This document shows, piece by piece, positions 54,850 through 64,000 of a DNA stretch of 64,000 nt. Position 1 is the stretch's first letter, and each line of letters opens with the position of its first letter. The stretch covers positions 44,206,001 through 44,270,000 of the forward strand of contig OX597820.1 of assembly GCA_951406725.2 (NCBI GenBank). Reading direction: 5' to 3'. Position numbers and translations under genes: made by a program. The stretch is from Octopus vulgaris. Its lineage: Eukaryota. Under the pieces are notes generated by a model. The model was given only the letters and a program-made list of their open reading frames with translations, was not told the origin of the DNA and did no database searches.

Positions 54850-55161
54850 CATAAACTACGTCTGTATGTTTTTTACTATTAATTAATTCGAAATTCCAGA
54901 GTAACTGAAGGTCCGAGAGTTTCGTCTATTGGCACTTATCAAACTAGTTTCAAATCAAGGTAACTTCGATATATAAATGTAAGACCCCTCTGAAATTTGA
55001 AACCTATTAGATATGTACCAATGCACGAAGCTCTCGGCGCAGAGGCCATTCTGTAACGTCGACAGATTATTAATATAAGGTTCATAATAATACGCTTCAT
55101 TTGCGCTGTATTTTGCTGTTTGCTTCATCAATCTCATACGTTTTTATCTCTAATCTTATAT

Positions 55162-55364
55162 TTCTTTCAGTCATTACACTGCAGCCATGAAATTTTTATT
55201 GAATGAATTGATCCCAGTACTTCTTATTTTCATTATTTTGAAGTCTGTTACTTGTTGTGTAGCCTCCTTTTGCTGAACCGCTAAGTTACAGGCCCATACA
55301 CACAGCAACACCGGCTGTCAAGCTGTGGTGGGGACAAATACAGACACAAACACACACATAAGTG

Positions 55365-55404
<40 letters not shown>

Positions 55405-55586
55405 CGTGTGTGTGTGTGTGCGAGTGCGAGGTGCTTCTTTCAGCTTCCGTCTACAAAATCCACTCACAAGGCTTTGGTTGGTCCGAGGCTAAAGAAGATA
55501 GTTGCCCAAGGTTTCACAGAGTGGAACGGAACCCGGAACCAAACTGGTTGGGAAATAAACATCTTACCACACAGCCACGTCTTCGC
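55162..55586 (-). mobile_element. SINE family A copy (diverged)
   Basis: Same blocks in reverse complement. Confidence 0.7.
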
Positions 55587-55593
55587 TTATACT

Positions 55594-55624
<31 letters not shown>

Positions 55625-55654
55625 TTTATGCATATATACACAGAGAGAGAAACA

Positions 55655-55710
<56 letters not shown>

Positions 55711-55789
55711 CGTATACATCCATACATAGATGTGTGTGTGAGTGTACATCCGTCTGCCTGTATGTATTTATGTATGAACATCCGTAGGT

Positions 55790-56166
55790 GTGTATGTATG
55801 CGTGTGTGAGTGTATGTATGTATGTATGTATGTATGTAAGTATGCATGTATGTATGCACGTATGCATGTATGTATGTATGTATGTATGTATGTGTGTATG
55901 TATGTATGTATGTATAATGTATGTATGTATGATGTATGTATGTATGTATGTATGATGTATGTATGATGTATGATGTATGTATGTATGTATGTATGTATGT
56001 ATGTATGTATGTATGTATGATGTATGTATGATGTATGTATGTATGTATGTATGTATGTATGTATGTATGTATGTATGTATGTATGTATGTATGTATGTAT
56101 GTATGTATGTATGATGTATGTATGTATGTATGTATGTATGCATGTATGTATGTATGTATGTATGTA
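55790..56166. repeat. (TGTA)n array
   Basis: Direct inspection. Confidence 0.95.
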
Positions 56167-56320
56167 AAGGAAGAGAGAGATATCAAACTACCCGCCCCAA
56201 GGTAAATTTTGCCTTTCATCTCTTCGGATTCGATAAAACAAACTAGCAGCTATATAGTCAAGGTCATTGTGTCATCTCAAACTTAACACCCCTCAAAACT
56301 GCTGACCATATGCCTAGATC

Positions 56321-56379
<59 letters not shown>

Positions 56380-56402
56380 CGACGACAACAACGATAAAAA
56401 TG

Positions 56403-56434
<32 letters not shown>

Positions 56435-56460
56435 CAGCTGCAACAACGACAGCAGCAGTA

Positions 56461-56880
56461 AGGCAGCGAGCTGGCAGAAACGTTAGCACGCCGGACGAAA
56501 CGCTTAGCAGTCTTTACGTTCTCGGTTCAAATTCCACCGAGGTCGACTTTGCCTTACATCCTTTCGGGGATCGATTAAATAAATACTAGTTGCGCACTGG
56601 GGGTGGGGGGTCAATATAATCGTCTTAATCCGTTTGTCTGTCCTTGTTTTTGTCACCTTTTACGTGTAGCCCCTAATGTGCAGTGAAGAAATAAGAAACG
56701 TTAGCACATCATCGGGCAACAAGCTTAGCGGCATCTCGTCCGTCTTTACGTTCTGAGTTTAAATTCCGCCGAAGTCGATTTAGCCTATCATTCTTTCGGG
56801 GTCGATAAAAGAAGTACCAGTTGAGCATTGGTATCGACTAGCCCCTTCCCATAGAATTTCAGGCCTGGGGCCTATAGAAG
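56461..56880 (+). mobile_element. SINE family B dimer-like copy
   Basis: Same two-part structure as 9082-9478. Confidence 0.8.
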
Positions 56881-57523
56881 ATTATTGTAGAAGATTATTA
56901 TTATCTAGTAGTAGTGGTAGTAGTAGTAGGAGGAGGAGGAGGAGGCGGAGGCGGAGGAGGAGGAGGAGGAGGAGGAGGAGGAGGAGGAGGAGGAGGAGGA
57001 GGAGGAGGAGGAGGAGGAGGAAAGGCCGGAGAATTTAAAGAATCGTCCGATCGTCGAACAATTTTTTTTTTTATGCAGTATCTATTTCAGTGTTTCTTTT
57101 CAGGCCCCTAGAGCCGTCCCCATTCCGGCACCGATTTTTTTTCCCAGTGACACAGATCAATCAGTACATAACTCTTGTCACAGTTTAATATGGCCTACCA
57201 TTTTTCCTATGAAATTACCAACACCTTTTCAGATATCCCCCACATAATGTGAAACCCCACCCCGCCTAACCCACGCCTCTTATTTCCACTAGCGCAAGCA
57301 AAGCCAACCTTCAGCTCAAATAGACTGGTGGAGCTGTGAATGCATTAATTTTTAACGACTATGTTCTTCATCCATCACTTTTTGTATGTGCTTCTCACTG
57401 AGAGAGAGAGAGAGAAAGAAAGAGAAAGAGAAAGAGAGATCTATACATATACAAATACATACATACACACACATACATATATCTATAAATTATATAGACA
57501 TATAAATATATAACAATATAACA

Positions 57524-57561
<38 letters not shown>

Positions 57562-57809
57562 AACGCAGAATATTTTACGAGAGCATGTGTATGTATATAT
57601 GTATATGTATGTTTATGTATGTCTGTGTGTATATATATGATTATATGTATACATATATAAATGTATGTATGAATATATAGATACGTATGTATGTATGTAT
57701 GCATGCATGCATGCATAAAGAAATATGCATTTATACATTATATAGGAAATTGTAGATGTTAACAAATAAATACATATTCGTATTACACATATATATATAT
57801 ATATATATA

Positions 57810-57848
<39 letters not shown>

Positions 57849-58046
57849 ACGACATTTCTTTTTTCGGTTTGACCAGGCTGTGGTTGATCCAAGACTATAG
57901 GAGAAAACAGTTGGCCAAAGTGCTGCACAGTGGGACTGAACCCAGGCCCATAAAGTTGGGAAGCAAACATCTTACCACACAGTCAGCCCTGCGCCTTCGT
58001 ATACATGTCTGTATATATAAGTATGTGTATATATATATATATCTGC

Positions 58047-58117
<71 letters not shown>

Positions 58118-58331
58118 CATACATATATACATATATATATACAATGTATGTTTCTAAGCATGCATATATATGTATGTATATATACATATATATATGTGTG
58201 TGTGTGTGTTTGTATGTGTGTATATATTTGTATATGGATATGCATACGTCTGTATTCATATATATATATATACGTAATATATATATATATATATACGTAA
58301 TATATGAACGTGTGTTAGTAAGCATGCATGG

Positions 58332-58471
<140 letters not shown>

Positions 58472-59409
58472 TTAATTCCTTCGACACTCACCACATTTTT
58501 CTGCTAGGAATTATATTTTCTGCCTCCCACTCACGGGAAATTTTCAAAAAATTTAGAATCTGTTGTACATGAAAGACTGTACACCAGACTATTTTTTTAA
58601 ATCATAACAATTTTTTTAAAATCATAACAATTTTTAATCTCCATGTATATATATATATATATATAGGTATAGATATATATATGTGTGTGTATGTATGTAT
58701 GTACGTATGTATGTATGTATGTGTGTATGTATGTATGTGTGTATGTATGTATGTATGTATGCATGTATGTATGTATGAATGTATGTATGTATGTGTGTAT
58801 GTATGTATGCATGTATGTATGTATGCATGAATGTATGTATAATGGGAACACATAGATACATATGCATACGTGTACATATATATATTATATAGATTATATA
58901 GAAAGATAGATATATGAATGTATAATATATTATAATTCATAATATATATGTAGATATACTACATACATATATATATATATGTATGTAGTATATATATAGT
59001 ATATATACATGTATGTGTGTATATGTATACATATGTACGTGTGTATGTACATGCATATACACATACATACTTACAGACATATATACATATATACATAACA
59101 TCGTGGTACTCAGTCGGTTATGACGACGAGGGTTCCAGTTGATCCGATCGACGAAACAGCCTGCTCGTGAAAATAACGTGCAAGTGGCTGAGTACTTCAC
59201 AGACACCGGACATAACATGCATTCATACATACGTACACATACGTTCGTACAAACATACATAACGTACATTCGTAACAAGCATACATGCATACATACATAC
59301 ACACACATACACACACATACATACTTGCATATATACATACATACATGCATACATACATACATACATACAAACATACATACATACATACATACATACATAC
59401 ATACATACA

Positions 59410-59441
<32 letters not shown>

Positions 59442-59784
59442 GAAATATTAGTGAAATTCCGTGGTTTAGAGGTCAAAGTATTGGACACAGAATCGTCGTT
59501 GTGATTTCTTTATTAAGCAGTGGATAATATCCCTCAGCAAAGCCGTTCATTTCTACTTCGTTGTACTCAACTATAAATAAATAGATTACAAGCCAACTAT
59601 ATATGAATGGATACAAGCCATTTAGTGCAGGATCTCTCTCTTCTCTCAGCAGTCACATTGTGGGTATTGCATTATAAGTGCGTATGCCTGAAATAATTAC
59701 ATGTATGCACTTAGGTATGTATACATATATGTATGCATGTATGGACGTAATGGTATATATATACATACATATATACATACATAT

Positions 59785-59843
<59 letters not shown>

Positions 59844-59969
59844 TGTATATATGCATGTATATGAATATATGTATATATACATATATATCTATATATATAT
59901 ATCTGATTGTATATATATATGTATGTATACATATATATATGTGTTTTATATATATATATATATAAGTAT

Positions 59970-60008
<39 letters not shown>

Positions 60009-60185
60009 AGTACATATATATACGTGTATGGAGGCATAGAATTATGTACGTATGTATATGTGTATAAGTTTATGTAAATATAAGTAAAAATATGTGTGTG
60101 AGTGCCGACTTATATATTTATATTCAAATACATAAACGCATGACGACATATACATACACACACACACATAGTAAATATTAAGGGT

Positions 60186-60241
<56 letters not shown>

Positions 60242-60550
60242 TATATGCAGGTATGTCTAGAGAAGAATGCATATGGATATGTACATATGTATGTCTATGT
60301 ATATATATATGTGTGTGTGTATACGTATGCAGACAGAGAGAGAGAGAGAAGGAGAAAGACAAAATTGAAATAAAAGAGAAATACAAATCTATAATTGTAT
60401 CTCTTCATACAAATATATATATGTACATATATATATGTGTGTGTGTGTGCGTGTGTAGATAGATAGATAGATAGATTTATATTTATATATATATCTATAT
60501 ATATTATATGTTATATATATACATATATATGTATACATATATATATATAT

Positions 60551-60581
<31 letters not shown>

Positions 60582-60598
60582 AATATATATATATATGT

Positions 60599-60647
<49 letters not shown>

Positions 60648-60935
60648 AATTCGATCGATCTTTAGCCGAACCGTTATCATAAAGTGAAATAAACAAACCA
60701 ACACCGTTTGTCAGGTGGTAATGGCTGACAAACAGAAATTCAGAGACACCTATACATATTCTTTTATTTTCTTGTTTCAGTCATCTGACTGTGGCCGTGC
60801 TGCAGCACCGCCTTTAGTCAAACAAATTCTGTGTAAGCCTATCGTTCTCTTTTGCCGAGCAGCTAAGTTTCAGGGACGTAAACACACACGCATCGGTTGT
60901 CAAGCGATGGGAGAGGGACAAACACACACACACAA

Positions 60936-61025
<90 letters not shown>

Positions 61026-61035
61026 TACTCTCTCT

Positions 61036-61427
61036 TTACTCTTTTACTTGTTTCAGTTATTTGACTGCGGCCATGCTGGAGCACCGCCTTCTAGTCGAGT
61101 AAATCGACCCCAGGGCTTATTCTTTGTAAGCCTAGTACTTATTCTATCAGTCTCTTTTGCTGGGGACGTAAACACACCAGCATCGGTCGTCAAGCAATGG
61201 TGGGGGGACAAACACAGACACACAAACATATACACACATACATATATATATATATACATATATACGACGGGCTTCTTCCAGTTTCCGTCTACCAAATCCA
61301 CTCACAAGGCTTTGGTCGGCCCGGGGCTATAGCAGAAGACACTTGCCCAAGATGTCACGCAGTGGGACTGAATCCGGAACAATGTGGTTGGTTAGCAAGC
61401 TACTTACCACACAGCCACTCCTGCGCC
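61036..61427 (-). mobile_element. SINE family A copy (partial copies also at ~4995-5210, 25659-25822, 49215-49405, 51535-51693, 57848-57995, 60760-60925)
   Basis: Same blocks in reverse complement. Confidence 0.85.
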
Positions 61428-61543
61428 TATATATATATATCGGAGTAAACACATAAATGTGAAACAAGGTGGAAAAAAGAGTACTCAAATACCAGTGGTA
61501 GAGTAATATGCTTTATTTAAAGCAGCAGAAAATTCAACAAAAC

Positions 61544-61581
61544 CTGTTACTCTGAGTTTCACGATGCCGTTCGTCGGACAG
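61544..61581 (-). ncRNA. Minimal hammerhead ribozyme, CCGACGA core (inverted arm)
   Basis: Minus strand CTGT-CCGACGA-ACG GCAT CGT-GAAA-CTCAGAG-TA-ACAG. Confidence 0.75.
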
Positions 61582-61658
61582 TTTTTTGCTAGAATAGAAT
61601 AGAATAGAATAGAATAGAATAGAACCGATATGTCATATCGGTTCTATTCTAGCAAAAA

Positions 61659-61696
61659 CTGTCCGACGAACGGCAACGCGAAACTCAGAGTAACAG
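61659..61696 (+). ncRNA. Minimal hammerhead ribozyme, CCGACGA core
   Basis: CTGT-CCGACGA-aCG GCAA CGc-GAAA-CTCAGAG-TA-ACAG. Confidence 0.75.
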
Positions 61697-61723
61697 GTTT
61701 TGTTGAATTTTCTGCTGCTTTAA

Positions 61724-61779
<56 letters not shown>

Positions 61780-62270
61780 ATGGGCTTTCTCCCTATTTGT
61801 GGCTACGAAATTTTTTCAGTCGACCCGGGAACTCGAAACACATGGTAGCAAAGCGAGATTTCTAACCACATAGCCATGCCAGCGCCGAATGTTTAATAAC
61901 AATGAATATTTAATGGGCAAAAGATTTAATAACTGTTGTAGTCGAAAATAATTATACTTATATAAAGGCTGAGTATTCTCAATAGCTAACTCTGCCTCAC
62001 GCTTTCACTCTATTTCTCAACATATATGTATGTGTGCGCGTGCAAGTGCGTGTGTGCGCGTGTGTGCGTGCGCGTGCGTGTTTGTGTACATACATATATA
62101 GCACATATATAGATAGATATACAAATCTATAGATATACATGTTATGTACAACATATATATGTCTGTGTGTGTATGCATGTATATACACATATGTCTGTAT
62201 GTACACACACACACACACATACACACACACATATACACTCATATATATATAATGTATATATATATATATA

Positions 62271-62307
<37 letters not shown>

Positions 62308-62705
62308 TGTGTATTTTTTATATCCTTGTATACACATATGCCTGTCTATATATATTTATATATACATATTCTTCTATTCTGTTATTTGTTTCTGCCATTT
62401 CACTGCGGTCTTGAACATATAAGTATATTTATATGTGTGTATGTGTAAGCGTGTGTGTGCGCGCTTGTGCGTAGGTGAGTGTATGTGTATGTGTGTATGT
62501 GTGTGTGTGTGTGTGTATGTGTGTATGTGTGTGTGTGTGTGTGAAATTAAGAGTGAGATAGGGAGAGCGATTGAAAGTGCCAAAAGAATTCAAAAAGTTA
62601 GATATACAGTGATAATAGGCAGAAACTTGCATTTACACTTATATACACTCACAAATACCCTTACTTGGATACCATACATACATACTTACGCAAATATGCA
62701 TACCC

Positions 62706-62782
<77 letters not shown>

Positions 62783-62783
62783 C

Positions 62784-62864
<81 letters not shown>

Positions 62865-62865
<1 letters not shown>

Positions 62866-63271
62866 ATTTCTTTATTGGCCATACAGGGCTAGACACACGG
62901 GGGACAATTACAATGTAGAGTTTTTCTTTTCGATGGGGGCGAAAACAAATTTTTAAAAAAATAGGGACAACGATCAAAAGGGATTGAAATCGTTGGGGAT
63001 ATATGCAAAAAATGTCGAAATAGTATAAAAAAGTTCCCAAGAAATGTGGAGGCTTATCTGTGGAAAGAAAAACCTAAGAAAAGACCACAGTAATCTCAAT
63101 TACGTCACATATTAATATATTTATCTGCAAATTAGTTACTCTCTGTTTTAAATTTTTACGGTTCATAGGATCATGCTCAAGGTGGCTCCGTCATTCATAC
63201 GTGCCATCCTTGCTACATTTACCCATCTTTTTTTTAAACAGTCGCTAGACAAAACCTCTCTCTACTCTCAA
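62865..63271 (-). mobile_element. 3' end of a (GATA)n-inserted LINE, copy 3 (related subfamily, includes ORF C-terminus remnant)
   Basis: Ends ATGGCCAATAAAGAAAT; CCA(TAGA)n on both sides; remnant RVER.VLSSDC..KRWVNVARMARMN. Confidence 0.7.
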
Positions 63272-63273
63272 CC

Positions 63274-63369
<96 letters not shown>

Positions 63370-63745
63370 GTGTGAATGAATATCATAACACATCTAGCAA
63401 AAGAACTGCGAAGTGATATTAACAATAAGAATAAATTTGTCATACTAAAAGCAGATATCTATGAGGGTAGATAATTCTGATAGGCGATGAAGAGTAGAGG
63501 AAAGAGGCGTTATAAATTTCCTCTGTAAATTGAAACGTTTTAATGTATTGAGCAGAAATCACCTGTAAGATTTGTGTAGCTGTATAGTTGTACACTTGTA
63601 TTCATACTCCTTCGCTATCGACATAATTCTGCCTATTGATGTGTATACGTATAGCTTTTTGTCTATATACATATATATATATATATATCCCACCCTTTAT
63701 ACATATATTAGATATATAGATATATATTTGCTATGTATATATACA

Positions 63746-64000
63746 TAGGCGCAGGAGTGGCTGTGTGATAAGTATAGGCACAGGAGTGGCTGTGTGGTAA
63801 GTATAGGCGCAGGAGTGGCTGTGTGGTAAGTATAGACGCAGGAGTTGGTGTGTAGTAAGTATAGGCACAGGAGTTGCTGTGTGGTAAGTATAGGCGCAGG
63901 AGTGGCTGTGTGGTAAGTAGCTTGCTTACTAACCACATGGTTCCGGGTTCAGTTCCACTGCATGGTACCTTGGGCAAGTGTCTTCTACTATGGCCTCGGG
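63746..64000 (+). mobile_element. SINE family A copy preceded by a tandem array of its own 29-bp head (6 units)
   Basis: TAGGCGCAGGAGTGGCTGTGTGGTAAGTA x6 (63746-63919), then the SINE body to the window end. Confidence 0.85.

Larger units (their letters stand above)
61440..61733. mobile_element. Short fold-back (palindromic) PLE 3'-end insertion in (TA)n
   Basis: Symmetry centre at 61633 (GATATG-T-CATATC), a hammerhead in each arm, (AGAAT)n expansion in the left arm. The same 3' end occurs at 51129-51220 and 48081-48155. Confidence 0.8.

Noticed and set aside
63746-63919. CRISPR-like 29-bp repeat array
   Set aside because: No spacers, the units are the SINE head, and the context is eukaryotic with no cas genes.

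Overview
AT-rich, microsatellite-saturated eukaryotic DNA with no confidently identifiable host gene. The SINE families and repeat density suggest a coleoid cephalopod such as Octopus (inference). The main feature is a young Penelope-like retroelement (PLE; RT + GIY-YIG) present as a 6.4-kb head-to-head palindrome (37160-43553): two ~2.9-kb arms of near-identical sequence around a 589-bp spacer. The spacer carries an upstream basic ORF1. ORF1 overlaps the Met-less start of the RT ORF in the -1 frame across an in-phase U_UUU_UUU heptamer, a candidate programmed -1 ribosomal frameshift. Each arm ends in a CCAAT/TATA promoter-like block and a non-canonical (CCGANGA) minimal hammerhead ribozyme. 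The same tail-out fold-back architecture recurs at four other loci, mostly beside (TA)n, and about a dozen intact or decayed hammerhead motifs are scattered through the window. Also present are an internally deleted mariner, an RTE fragment and its partner SINE, a (GATA)n-targeting L1/Tx1-like LINE and its partner SINE, two Helitron-like elements, a hAT remnant and many tRNA-derived SINEs. Almost all ORFs in the supplied track are microsatellite artefacts. Boundaries of old repeats are approximate (read by eye).
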